NCBI GenBank assembly: GCA_025357945.1
Contig: JANYLJ010000074.1
Location: 28,332-92,331, forward strand
Reading direction: 5' to 3'
DNA from: Gemmatimonadota bacterium
GTDB taxonomy: Bacteria > Gemmatimonadota > Gemmatimonadetes > Gemmatimonadales > GWC2-71-9
Length of the DNA stretch: 64,000 nt
The notes below the pieces were generated by a model. It was not told the origin of the DNA, did no database searches, and worked only from the letters and a program-made list of their open reading frames with translations. Positions 10,030 through 19,858 of this stretch are shown here, piece after piece. Within the stretch, counting starts at the first letter, position 1. Every line of letters begins with the position of its first letter. The translations under genes were made by a program, and so were the position numbers.

Positions 10030-12413
10030 CCATGGTGCAGTCGGTACCCGGTTTGTCACGCCTCGACTTCGGGTCACGGCGCGCCCGGTACCTTGATATC
10101 AACGAGTGGCTGCAGGAGCGCGGCCCGCGACTCGACGCCAGGACCGTGGCACACCTCGAGTCGTTCGACCTGGTGTACCGGTCGTTGTGCAGTGTCATGT
10201 TCAACTACGTACCGCTTTCCGGTCACCCGGGCGGCTCCATTTCGTCGGGGCGGTTCGTGCAGCTGCTGGTGTTCGGAGCGATGGACTACGACCTGTCCGA
10301 CCCGGACCGGGCCGACGCCGACATCATCTCGTACGCGGCTGGCCACAAGGCGCTGGGCCTGTATGCCATGTGGGCGCTGCGGAACGAGGTGGCCCGGATC
10401 GCGGCACCCGAGCTGCTCCCGGTCGGCGAGCGCCAGCAGCTGCGGTTGGAAGATCTGTTGGGGTTCCGCCGCAACCCGGTGACTGACACACCGCTCTACC
10501 TGGCCAATCGCGCCAAGCCGCTCGACGGTCATCCCACACCCGCCACGCCGTTCGTCAAGCTGTCCACTGGTGCGTCGGGTGTCGGCCTGCCGGCGTCGCT
10601 CGGCTTGGCATGGGCGGCTGCGGACCTGTTTGGTACCGACGCGCCGCGGGTGCACATCATCGAAGGCGAAGGCGGCCTGACGCCGGGTCGCGTGGCCGAA
10701 GCGCTCGCGGCGGCGGGAACGATGTCGTTGGGCAATGCCGTGCTACACATCGACTGGAACCAGGCGTCGATTGATTCCGATCACGTCTGCCGGGACGACG
10801 GCACGCCCGGTGACTACGTGCAATGGACGCCGGCGGAGCTGGCGTACCTGCACGACTGGAACGTGATCGCGGTTCCCGACGGATTTGATTTCCAGCAGAT
10901 CGCTGCCGCGCACCTGGCTGCGGCGGAAATGGACAACGGCCAGCCAACTGCCATCGTGTACCGCACGGTGAAGGGCTGGCGCTACGGTATCGAAGGCCGC
11001 GCCTCGCACGGCGCCGGACATCCGCTCTGTTCCGAGGGCTTCTATGCGGCCGTGGCACCGCTGTTGAGCGGGCTCCCGGTGCAACTGCCGCACTGCGACC
11101 ATGGCGCCCAGCGCTGCGGCGCCGGCGCCAATCCGGTAATCGTCGAGGCGTGTTACTGGGACGCGCTCGGCGTCGTTCGGCGCGCGTTGGAACGGCGACG
11201 CCCAGCAGTGGACGCCCTCGCGTCGCGGCTCAAGGAGTCTCGAGATCGGCTCGCGCAGCGCGCGCGCGCGCTGCGGGACGGTGCACCCCGACTCGACCTC
11301 GCCTTTGCGGCGGCGACTTGCGCCACCGATGAGCCGCCGGCACAGGTCGTCCTCAAACCCGGCAGCACAACGACGCTGCGCGATGCGCTCGGCGGAACAC
11401 TCAACTACTACAATCGGCTGAGCGGGGGTGCCTTCGTGGTCGCGGCCGCCGACCTGCTCGGCTCGACCAGCGTGAACAAGATCGCCGAAGGCTTCGCGCC
11501 GGGATTCTACAACCAGCGCGGCAACGCCGAGTCGCGGACGCTGGCCATTGGCGGCATCTGCGAAGACGCCATGGCCGCGATGCTGTCGGGCATCGCGACG
11601 TTCGGAAGCCATAGTGCCGTCGGGTCGTCGTACGGTGCGTTCATGGCGCCGCTGGGTCACATCGCGGCACGGCTACACGCCATTGGCAACCAGGCGCGCC
11701 AGGCGGTCGACGGCGGGCCCTTTCGTCCGTTTTTCATGGTGTGCGCTCACGCCGGTCTCAAGACGGGCGAGGACGGTCCAACCCACGCTGATCCGCAGCC
11801 ACTGCAACTGTTGCAGGGCAACTTCCCGCTGGGCATGATGATCACGCTGACACCGTGGGAGCCGCAGGAGGTCTGGTTCCTCGTCTCGACCGCGCTAGCC
11901 AAACGGCCGGCGGTGATCGCGCCGTTCGTCACCCGACCGGGCGAGACGGTGCTGGACCGTGCCGCGCTTGGCCTGGCGCCCGCGTCGGCTGCGGTGAAGG
12001 GCGTGTACCGGCTCCGCGCGGCGCGCGGCAAGGGCGATGGCGTCGTGGTGTTGCAGGGGAGTGCCGTGACGTACGCCTTCGTGAACGAGGCGCTACCGCT
12101 GGTCGAGGCCGCCGGAATTGATCTCAATGTCTTCTACGTCGCGTCAGCCGAACTCTTCGATCTCCTGCCGGCGGTCGAACGCGAGGCGATCTTTCCCGAG
12201 GAACATTCGCGCGTGGCGATCGGGATCACCGATTTCACTTTGCCGACCATGGACCGGTGGGTCCGGTCCGAGCGCGGCCGGACTCACACGCTCTATCCAT
12301 TCCGGGGCGGCCATTACCTGGGCAGCGGACAGGGTGCGACGGTGATCGCCGAGGCCGGACTGGACGGCGCCAGTCAGTTCGCCGCGGTCCGGGACTACCT
12401 CAGCGGTCGATAG
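10023..12413 (+). CDS. Transketolase-family thiamine-diphosphate enzyme, unusually long (796 aa)
   Basis: It has SGHPGGS, a TPP/metal motif variant IEGEGGLTPGRVAEAL...HIDWNQASID, a pyrimidine-binding-domain-like GICEDAMAAM...GEDGPTHADPQ and a C-terminal domain. The ATG at 10023 follows GAGGG and overlaps the aminotransferase stop by 7 nt. The tracked ORF begins at 9837. Confidence 0.75.
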   Translation: MVTMVQSVPGLSRLDFGSRRARYLDINEWLQERGPRLDARTVAHLESFDLVYRSLCSVMFNYVPLSGHPGGSISSGRFVQLLVFGAMDYDLSDPDRADADIISYAAGHKALGLYAMWALRNEVARIAAPELLPVGERQQLRLEDLLGFRRNPVTDTPLYLANRAKPLDGHPTPATPFVKLSTGASGVGLPASLGLAWAAADLFGTDAPRVHIIEGEGGLTPGRVAEALAAAGTMSLGNAVLHIDWNQASIDSDHVCRDDGTPGDYVQWTPAELAYLHDWNVIAVPDGFDFQQIAAAHLAAAEMDNGQPTAIVYRTVKGWRYGIEGRASHGAGHPLCSEGFYAAVAPLLSGLPVQLPHCDHGAQRCGAGANPVIVEACYWDALGVVRRALERRRPAVDALASRLKESRDRLAQRARALRDGAPRLDLAFAAATCATDEPPAQVVLKPGSTTTLRDALGGTLNYYNRLSGGAFVVAAADLLGSTSVNKIAEGFAPGFYNQRGNAESRTLAIGGICEDAMAAMLSGIATFGSHSAVGSSYGAFMAPLGHIAARLHAIGNQARQAVDGGPFRPFFMVCAHAGLKTGEDGPTHADPQPLQLLQGNFPLGMMITLTPWEPQEVWFLVSTALAKRPAVIAPFVTRPGETVLDRAALGLAPASAAVKGVYRLRAARGKGDGVVVLQGSAVTYAFVNEALPLVEAAGIDLNVFYVASAELFDLLPAVEREAIFPEEHSRVAIGITDFTLPTMDRWVRSERGRTHTLYPFRGGHYLGSGQGATVIAEAGLDGASQFAAVRDYLSGR

Positions 12414-12600
12414 ACCGCCCACCACCGGGTGACCGCCCCAGCACCGTCGCCGAGATGGTGCGCCGGCACCGTTGGCCTCGCACGCCCGTGCCGACGTGAA
12501 CACGGCGGCCTCCGGGCTGGCGTCTCCCCCGCTTCACCCGTAAGTTGCGGTTCTGTAGCCGAACCGTCCCTACCGGGGCCGAGAGGGGTGATTTCAGTAC

Positions 12601-12798
12601 ATGTCAGAAGTCGTCATCCACGAGGATGAGAGCTTCGAGCGGGCACTCAAGCGCTTCAAGAAGAAGTGTGAGAAGGCGGGGATCCTTTCCGATCTACGCA
12701 AGCATCGCCACTACGAGAAGCCGAGTGAGAAGCGCAAGCGCAAGATGAACGCCGCGCAGCGGAAGAATCGCCGCAGCGGACGCCCGTCGCATGTCTGA
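12601..12798 (+). CDS. rpsU: 30S ribosomal protein S21
   Basis: [38 protein letters not shown] is a typical S21 sequence. Confidence 0.95.
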   Translation: MSEVVIHEDESFERALKRFKKKCEKAGILSDLRKHRHYEKPSEKRKRKMNAAQRKNRRSGRPSHV

Positions 12799-13231
12799 GC
12801 TGGCCGCACGCCTGCGGGCCGATCAGATCACGTCCCGGAAGGCCGCTGACAAGGACCGGACCCTGGTACTGGGGACGGTCCTTGCATCGTTAAAGAACCG
12901 GGAGCTCGAGCTCAACCAGCCGGTCGAGGACGCGGAAGTGGTGGTCCTTCTTCGCAAGCAGATCAAGCAGCGGCTCGATTCCGTCGAGCAGTACCGCAAG
13001 GGCGCACGCGACGATCTGGCGAGCAAGGAAGAGTATGAGATCGGCGTGCTCAAGGGCTACCTGCCGCCGGACGTCGATCCCGACGAGATCCGCGCCACGG
13101 CGCGCGACGCGGTCAGCTCGGGTGCCACGGAGCTTGGCAAGTTGATGGGCATCCTCATGGCGCGCTTCAAGGGCAAGGCCGACGGCAAGGTGATCAACCA
13201 GATCGCCCGCGAGGCGCTGCAGCAGGGATGA
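12791..13231 (+). CDS. GatB/YqeY domain-containing protein
   Basis: LKNRELE...[13 protein letters not shown]...RDDLA.KE..EI.VLKGYLP and the 146-aa size fit YqeY. It follows rpsU as in Bacillus. Confidence 0.8.
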   Translation: MSELAARLRADQITSRKAADKDRTLVLGTVLASLKNRELELNQPVEDAEVVVLLRKQIKQRLDSVEQYRKGARDDLASKEEYEIGVLKGYLPPDVDPDEIRATARDAVSSGATELGKLMGILMARFKGKADGKVINQIAREALQQG

Positions 13232-15621
13232 CCCCGGTGTGCCTGGATCCAGCGATGTCGGCGGACGCGCTGGCCGCGCTCGAGTTCGAACACGTGCTCG
13301 ATGTCGTTGCCGACGGTGCCGTCGGGCCGCTTGGCGCCGGCGCGATTCGCGCGCGGGCGCCGACGGATGACGTCGCCTGGATCCGCAACGAACTCGCGCT
13401 GGTGGGCGAGGTGCTGGCCGTGTTGCGGCGCGGCGTGCGCTTCGAGGTTTGGCCGGTGCCCGACCTTCGTGGCGCATTGGGCCGCCTTCGGGTGGATGGC
13501 AGCGTGCTCGAGATCGCCGAACTCGCGGCAATCAAGGTCACGTCGGCCGCCGGCCGGGACACTGCACAGGAACTCGAACGCCAGGTCGAGTCGTGTCCTC
13601 GCGTCCACGCGCTCGGCGTTCCGCCGGTCGATCGCAGCATCGAACGCCTGCTCGAACTGGCGATTGGCGACGACAACGAACTCCTTGATACCGCGAGCCC
13701 AGCGCTGGCGGCCTCGCGGCGCGAGGTGCACGCGGCACGGGAGCGCCTGGTCCGCCGCCTGGAAGGGATGCTTCGCGAGGGCGACGCCGCGACGATCCTG
13801 AGCGGAGCCAGCGTCACGATGCGGAGCGGGCGATACGTCATTCCGGTGCGCCGCGACTCACGCAACCGGCCGGCGGGGATCGTCCACGATGAATCGGGGA
13901 GCGCTGGTACGCTCTTCATCGAACCGACCGCAGCGATCGAACTCGGCAACGCGCTGCGCGCCGCACTGAGCGACGAAGACCGCCAGACCCTGATCGTCCT
14001 GCGTGAGCTCACCAACCGGTTGCGCCCCGTCCGTGATTCGATCGCAGCATTGCACGCGATGGCAGTCACCGTCGATACGATCGTCGCGCGCGCGCGCTGG
14101 GCGAACGATACCAACGGCGAAGTGCCCGGGATCGGTGACATCGGCGGTCCGTTGCGGCTGAACGCGGCGCGTCACCCCTTGCTGTTGGCGCGTGGCATCA
14201 CCGTCGTACCGTTCGACCTCGTTCTCGACGGCACAGAACGGACACTGTTGATCTCGGGACCGAATACCGGCGGCAAGACGGTCCTGCTCAAGACCGTGGG
14301 CCTGACCCTCGCCCTGGTGCAGGCGGGGTTTGTTCCGCCGATCGGTCCGGAAAGCGTGGTGCCCATCGTGCGCCGGCTCTTCGTCGACATCGGTGATCAC
14401 CAATCGCTCGCGGCCGACCTCTCCACCTTTTCGGCGCATGTGGCGACGCTGCGCCGCATGCTCGACTTCGCGGACGACGCGACACTGATCCTGATCGACG
14501 AAATCGGTTCTGGCACCGACCCGGCCGAAGGCGGCGCACTGGCGATGGCGGTGCTCGAGACGCTGACGACGCGCCGGGCCCTGACGCTGGCGACGACCCA
14601 CCTCGGCGCCCTCAAGACGCTCGCCACGCGGGTTGCCGGCGTGGTCAACGGCTCACTGCAATTTGATGCCGCAACCCTCTCGCCGACGTACCGCTTTACC
14701 AAGGGCGTGCCGGGCCGGTCCTACGGGCTCGCCATCGCGCGCCGGCTCGGTGTCGATCCGGCGGTACTCGAAGCGGCGGCAGCGTTGGTGCCCGAAGCCG
14801 AGCACGAACTCGACCGTCTCCTGGCCGCCGTCGAGACTCGGCGGCAACAACTCGATCGCGACGAAGCCGGCTGCCGTGACCGCGCGGCCGAAGTCGAACG
14901 CCGGGAGGCGGTCGCGGCAGTTGTCGCGGCGGCACAACAGACACGCGAGACCGCGCTGCGGCAACAGGAAAAAACCGCCGAGCGCGATCTGGCACGGACC
15001 GCCAAGGCCTACCTGCTCGAAGCCCGCAAACGCGTCGAAGCGGCACTCGCATTGGCGAAGGGGGCGGCGGACGAAGTGAGCGCCACGGAGGCGCGACGGC
15101 TCGTGGAAGAAGGCGTCCGGCAGGAGGCGCGGCGACTCGACGAACCGGATGACGTGATCATCCGGGATCAGGATGCGCTGCGGGTGGGAAGCCGGGTCCG
15201 ACTCAACACGGGTGCCACCGGTGACGTGTCCGAGTTGCGCGGCGACGGCAAGGCGGTAGTGCTGGTAGGCACAATGCGATTGGTGGTGGCCGCGCGGACA
15301 CTCACGGTGCTCGCACCGCAGCCGGCATCGGCCCGGTTGCGACCCGTCAACATTTCCGGCGACGCCCCGGAGCGCGAAGCGGCGTACGAGATCGATCTGC
15401 GCGGCATGCGGGCCGACGAAGCAGAGGCGATCGTGCAATCGGCGATCGACAACGCAGTCATCGCCGAGCAGCCGCGCCTCGCGATCATCCATGGCATGGG
15501 TACTGGCGTGTTGCGCGACACGGTGCGCAGCCTGCTTGCTGCCGATACGCGTGTCGCGTCGTTCGATTTCGCTCCGCGTCAGCAGGGTGGCGTCGGTGTG
15601 ACCGTTGCGGTGCTTCGCTGA
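13228..15621 (+). CDS. mutS2: Endonuclease MutS2 (MutS ATPase core plus C-terminal Smr domain)
   Basis: It has a Walker A motif (ISGPNTGGKTVLLKTVGL), DEIGSGTDPAEG, a long coiled-coil linker and an Smr domain (IDLRGMRADEA...IIHGMGTGVLR). Confidence 0.9.
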   Translation: MTPVCLDPAMSADALAALEFEHVLDVVADGAVGPLGAGAIRARAPTDDVAWIRNELALVGEVLAVLRRGVRFEVWPVPDLRGALGRLRVDGSVLEIAELAAIKVTSAAGRDTAQELERQVESCPRVHALGVPPVDRSIERLLELAIGDDNELLDTASPALAASRREVHAARERLVRRLEGMLREGDAATILSGASVTMRSGRYVIPVRRDSRNRPAGIVHDESGSAGTLFIEPTAAIELGNALRAALSDEDRQTLIVLRELTNRLRPVRDSIAALHAMAVTVDTIVARARWANDTNGEVPGIGDIGGPLRLNAARHPLLLARGITVVPFDLVLDGTERTLLISGPNTGGKTVLLKTVGLTLALVQAGFVPPIGPESVVPIVRRLFVDIGDHQSLAADLSTFSAHVATLRRMLDFADDATLILIDEIGSGTDPAEGGALAMAVLETLTTRRALTLATTHLGALKTLATRVAGVVNGSLQFDAATLSPTYRFTKGVPGRSYGLAIARRLGVDPAVLEAAAALVPEAEHELDRLLAAVETRRQQLDRDEAGCRDRAAEVERREAVAAVVAAAQQTRETALRQQEKTAERDLARTAKAYLLEARKRVEAALALAKGAADEVSATEARRLVEEGVRQEARRLDEPDDVIIRDQDALRVGSRVRLNTGATGDVSELRGDGKAVVLVGTMRLVVAARTLTVLAPQPASARLRPVNISGDAPEREAAYEIDLRGMRADEAEAIVQSAIDNAVIAEQPRLAIIHGMGTGVLRDTVRSLLAADTRVASFDFAPRQQGGVGVTVAVLR

Positions 15622-17429
15622 TGGCACTGATTCCCGATGAGCTGATTGAGCAGGTGCGCGACGCGGCGGACCTCCTCGAGATCGTGCAGGAGCAGGTGCA
15701 ACTCAAGCGCACCGGAAGCGACTGGCGGGGCCCGTGCCCATTTCATGGCGGCAAGAACCGCAACTTCGCCGTGATCCCCAAAGACAACTACTACTATTGT
15801 TTCGTCTGCCATGAGTCGGGCGACGTGTTCACCTGGTACCGCAAGCGGCTCGGCATGGACTACCCGACCGCGGTGCGGGAAGTGGCGCGTCGCTACGGCA
15901 TCTCGATTCCAGAGCACACCGAACGCGCCGGTCCCGACCCGCGAGAGCCGCTCTTTCAGGCCTGTGACGCCGCGCAGGGCTGGTTCGCATCGCAATTGCG
16001 AGACGGCACCGAGGCGGACACCGCGCGACGGTACCTGTTGCAGCGGGAGTTCTCACTGGATGTGGCGGCCACTCTCGGGCTCGGCTACGCACCGCGTGCG
16101 AACGAGTTCGTTACGGCGATGAAGCAGCTCGGCATTGCGGAAGACGTGTTGGTGGAGGCTGGGCTTGTGATCCGGCGCGACGATGGCACGATCGCGCCGC
16201 GGTTCCGGGCCCGTCTCCTCTTTCCGATCCATGACCTGCGCGGTCGCGTGGTCGGCTTCGGCGGACGCGTCCTCGGGGCCAGCGAACCCAAGTACCTCAA
16301 TTCACCGGAGACGCCGATTTTCCGGAAGGGCGAGCAACTCTATCACATGCACCTCGCCAAGCACGCGATCCGGAAGTCGGAGTGCGCCGTCCTGGTGGAG
16401 GGATATTTCGACGTGCAGCGCCTGGTGCTCGCCGGGGTGGAACACGTGGTGGCGCCGCTCGGTACCTCGCTGACGGAAGCGCAGGCAGTCCTGCTGAAGC
16501 GGTTCACCAACGAGGTGGTCTTGCTGTACGACAGCGACGGACCGGGTCTCAAGGCGACGTTCCGCGCGGGCGACGTCCTCCTGTCGCACGGGGTACGGGT
16601 CCGCGTCGCGACGCTGCCCGCCGGTGAGGATCCCGATACGCTGGCGCAGCGCGGCGGTGCGGCCGCGATCGAACGCGTGCTCAGGGACGCGATCGACTTG
16701 CTCGAACGCAAGTTGCAGCTGCTCGACCTCAAGGGGTGGTTCGGCGACGTGCACAAGGCGCGTGAGGCGCTTGATCGTCTGCTGCCCACAGTGCGCGCCG
16801 CAAGCGACCCAGTCACCCGCGAACTGTACGTCAGCCGCGTGGCAGAACGGTTGGGGATCCCGCGGGATACTGTTGCGGCCGAGGCGGCGCTCAAGGCGTC
16901 GCCGGCGAGCGCACCGGCGGCGCGGGTGGCGGTTCCGCGGAAGAGACCCGTCGAGAGCAGCGTCCGGCGGCCTCGGCTCCCAGGCGCCGAAATCGAGCGC
17001 AAGTTGCTCCGCCTGTTCCTCCTGCACCCGCAATGGTTTGCCAGGGCGCGCGAAGAAGTCGATCCGACGCACCTCTCCGTGCCGGCCTTTCGCGCGATTT
17101 TTGGCGCACTCAGGACCCTGCCGCCCGATGCCCCGATCGGCGATGCGCTGCCGCTCCTCGACGCGCGCGCTCGCGAGGCATGGGCGCAACTCGTGGACGG
17201 TGGGCTTCCCGGCGAGGGCTACGACCTGGATCGAGAGTACGCCGACGCCCTCGCTGCACTCGAAGAGATCCGCAGTTTTGCGGGCATCGCCGCAGAAGTT
17301 GATCCGATCGTGCGAAGCCGGCGCCGGATGGCGCTGAGCGAGGAAGGTCAGGCGCGGTATAGCTTGTACCTTAGGACCACAGGGTCGCGCGCCCGACCCG
17401 AGCGCAGCGCACCGCTTCCCGAGGAGTGA
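15621..17429 (+). CDS. dnaG: DNA primase DnaG
   Basis: It has a zinc ribbon (CPFHGGKNRNFAV...YYCFVCHESGD) and a TOPRIM region (VLVEGYFDV...LLYDSDGPGLKA). Confidence 0.92.
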   Translation: MALIPDELIEQVRDAADLLEIVQEQVQLKRTGSDWRGPCPFHGGKNRNFAVIPKDNYYYCFVCHESGDVFTWYRKRLGMDYPTAVREVARRYGISIPEHTERAGPDPREPLFQACDAAQGWFASQLRDGTEADTARRYLLQREFSLDVAATLGLGYAPRANEFVTAMKQLGIAEDVLVEAGLVIRRDDGTIAPRFRARLLFPIHDLRGRVVGFGGRVLGASEPKYLNSPETPIFRKGEQLYHMHLAKHAIRKSECAVLVEGYFDVQRLVLAGVEHVVAPLGTSLTEAQAVLLKRFTNEVVLLYDSDGPGLKATFRAGDVLLSHGVRVRVATLPAGEDPDTLAQRGGAAAIERVLRDAIDLLERKLQLLDLKGWFGDVHKAREALDRLLPTVRAASDPVTRELYVSRVAERLGIPRDTVAAEAALKASPASAPAARVAVPRKRPVESSVRRPRLPGAEIERKLLRLFLLHPQWFARAREEVDPTHLSVPAFRAIFGALRTLPPDAPIGDALPLLDARAREAWAQLVDGGLPGEGYDLDREYADALAALEEIRSFAGIAAEVDPIVRSRRRMALSEEGQARYSLYLRTTGSRARPERSAPLPEE

Positions 17430-17435
17430 TACCCG

Positions 17436-18152
17436 ATGCATCCTGATCTGCCCAAACTGCTCGATGTCCAGGTGAAGGACCGGCGACTCGCCGAACTTGA
17501 CACGCGCGCGCGCGCGATCTTTGCGGAACGTGCCACGCTCGACGCACTCCTGGAGCGCGGGCGGGCGGAGGTGGTCGCGGCGGAACGGGCGGTCAATGAC
17601 ACGGCGCGTCGGCGTGATGAAGCGGAGCAGAAACTCGCCACTCAACGCCCACAACACGAGAAACGCCGACAGCGGCTCGAAACGGAGCGCAACCCACGGG
17701 TTGCCGCCCAGTTGCTCGCCGACGTGGAGCTCGGCCGCACGATCCTGGCCCAGGAAGAGAGCGAATGGGTTCGCATGGCGGATGACGTCAACGCGCGCAC
17801 CGTGGTCGCCGCTCTGGCGAACGAACGGGTGGCGGCGGCCGAAGCCGAGCAAGCGGGAGCCCGCGCCGTGCTGGATGGCCGCGCCGCGGAGCTCGCGATC
17901 GAGGTGGCCAGCGCGCAGGCGGAGCGTGAATCTGCGGCTTCGCAACTCGACAAGACGCTGCGGCTGCGCTACGATCGCCTGCGCAAGTCGCGCAAGAACG
18001 AAATCCTCGTGCCCGCCGACAACGGCACGTGTACCGCCTGCTACACAACGATCCCGCGCTCGCAGATCGGTCCGCTGCAGGCCGAGGGCATCCTCATTGA
18101 CGGCTGCGAGATGTGCGGCGCCATCATCTACGTCGCGGCGGCCGTCGTCTGA
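17436..18152 (+). CDS. Coiled-coil protein with C-terminal C4 zinc ribbon (COG1579-like)
   Basis: A long heptad-rich coiled coil is followed by CTACYTTIP...CEMCGAIIY (CxxC...CxxC). Confidence 0.7.
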   Translation: MHPDLPKLLDVQVKDRRLAELDTRARAIFAERATLDALLERGRAEVVAAERAVNDTARRRDEAEQKLATQRPQHEKRRQRLETERNPRVAAQLLADVELGRTILAQEESEWVRMADDVNARTVVAALANERVAAAEAEQAGARAVLDGRAAELAIEVASAQAERESAASQLDKTLRLRYDRLRKSRKNEILVPADNGTCTACYTTIPRSQIGPLQAEGILIDGCEMCGAIIYVAAAVV

Positions 18153-19858
18153 CAGGCAGCCCACGGTGGCGCATCGCCGCGCCGCCGGATCGCACCGAGA
18201 CGCGCACCCTCGCTGCGGCGCTCGAGTTGCCGCTGCCACTTGCCGCACTGCTCGTGCAGCGCGGTTTCCGTGAGCCAGCCGCCGTCAAGGCCTTCCTCCG
18301 CCCCCAGCTCGAATCCCTGTCCGATCCGCACCGTCTCGCTGGAATGACGGAGGCGGTGGCCGTGATCGTGGCGGCCGTGCGTGCCCGCCAACGCATTCTG
18401 GTGCACGGCGACTACGACGTGGATGGCCAGTGCGCGGCCGCCGTGCTGACGCGCGCGCTCCGGGCCGCCGGTGCCGACACGCACCCGTTCCTGCCGCATC
18501 GCATGATGGACGGGTACGACTTCGGTCCTGCCGGGCTGACCGAGGCGCAACGCATCAATGCCGCACTGATCGTGACGTGCGACTGTGGCATTACCGCTGT
18601 CGACACCGTCAGCCGCGCCAAGGCCGCGGGTTTGCGTGTCGTGGTCACCGACCATCATTTGCCGGGACCACTCCTTCCGCCGGCCGACGCCGTGGTCGAT
18701 CCCCAGCGCAGCGACGACGTGTCGGGGCTCGGCTATCTCTGCGGCACCGGGATCGCATTCAAGTTGGTGCAGGCGCTCGTGGAACCGCTCGGGCTTCCGA
18801 AGGCGTTGCCACTCCACCTGCTCGACTACGTCGCCCTCGCGACGGTCGCGGACGTAGTGCCGCTCATCGCGGAGAATCGCACGCTCGTGAAGCACGGCCT
18901 CAAGCTGCTGGCGCGAAGTCGCTGGGTCGGCCTGCGCGCGTTGCTCGATCGCGCCAAGCTGGGCGGCCCTGAGCTCCGTGCGGCCCAGGTCGGTTTCATC
19001 GTGGCGCCGCGCCTGAACGCGGTCGGCCGTATCGCGAATGCGAACGACGGTCTGCGCCTGCTGCTGACCGATGACGCGACTGAGGCGGCGGCGCTCGCCG
19101 ACCGGTTTGAGGCGCTCAACAAGGAGCGCCAGGAGCTCGATCAGCGGATCCTCGACGATGTGATGACTGAGATCGAGCGGGATTACGCTGATCCAACGAC
19201 GCATGCGGCGTTCGTGCTGGCACGCGATGGCTGGCACCCAGGGGTGGTCGGCATTGTCGCCTCGCGCGTGGTCGAACGCTTCGGGCGGCCGACCTTCCTG
19301 ATCGGTCTCGATGGCGAGCTGGGAAAGGGAAGTGGTCGGAGCATCGACGGGTTCGACTTGCATGATGCGCTGAATGCCTGTGGCGACCTGCTCGAGCGCT
19401 TCGGTGGTCACCGCATGGCAGCGGGACTCACCATCCGGCGAGATCAGGTGGCGGCTTTTCGCGAACGCTTCAATGCCGTTGCGCTCGGGCGACTCGCGCC
19501 CGACGACCTCGGGCCGACCCAGCGCGTGGATCTGGAGGTCACGCTCGACGAGATCACCGATGAGCTGGAGCGGTGGAGCCGACAGCTCGAACCGTGCGGC
19601 ATGGGTAACCCGGGTGCGGTGTTCGGCGTGCGCAATGTCCGGCTCGAGAATTCGCGGGTGGTCGGCACCAACCATCTGAAAGGCCTGCTCTCGAGCGGGA
19701 AGCGTGGGGTCGACACGATCGCCTTCGGCTGGGCCGATCGGTACGCCGGGTTCGGCGATTGTGCGTTGGATGCGGCGGTCAGGTTGGAGCGCAATGAATG
19801 GAACGGCCGGTCGGTGCTGCAGGCCCGCGCCGTCGCCCTCGCGCCGACCGCCGGGTGA
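18113..19858 (+). CDS. recJ: Single-stranded-DNA-specific exonuclease RecJ
   Basis: DHH motifs (ILVHGDYDVDG, VTCDCG, VVVTDHH), a DHHA1 region (GGHRMAAG) and a C-terminal OB-like domain identify it. The start is uncertain. The ATG at 18113 overlaps the upstream gene by 40 nt. Confidence 0.9.
   Translation: MRRHHLRRGGRRLTGSPRWRIAAPPDRTETRTLAAALELPLPLAALLVQRGFREPAAVKAFLRPQLESLSDPHRLAGMTEAVAVIVAAVRARQRILVHGDYDVDGQCAAAVLTRALRAAGADTHPFLPHRMMDGYDFGPAGLTEAQRINAALIVTCDCGITAVDTVSRAKAAGLRVVVTDHHLPGPLLPPADAVVDPQRSDDVSGLGYLCGTGIAFKLVQALVEPLGLPKALPLHLLDYVALATVADVVPLIAENRTLVKHGLKLLARSRWVGLRALLDRAKLGGPELRAAQVGFIVAPRLNAVGRIANANDGLRLLLTDDATEAAALADRFEALNKERQELDQRILDDVMTEIERDYADPTTHAAFVLARDGWHPGVVGIVASRVVERFGRPTFLIGLDGELGKGSGRSIDGFDLHDALNACGDLLERFGGHRMAAGLTIRRDQVAAFRERFNAVALGRLAPDDLGPTQRVDLEVTLDEITDELERWSRQLEPCGMGNPGAVFGVRNVRLENSRVVGTNHLKGLLSSGKRGVDTIAFGWADRYAGFGDCALDAAVRLERNEWNGRSVLQARAVALAPTAG

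Noticed and set aside
17430-18152. The expectation of rpoD immediately after dnaG.
   Set aside because: The ORF there is a coiled-coil Zn-ribbon protein with no sigma-70 regions, so rpoD must be elsewhere.
16302-18248. A 648-aa ORF antisense to dnaG and the Zn-ribbon gene.
   Set aside because: It is the same kind of shadow ORF. It has no recognisable motif and overlaps confidently identified genes.
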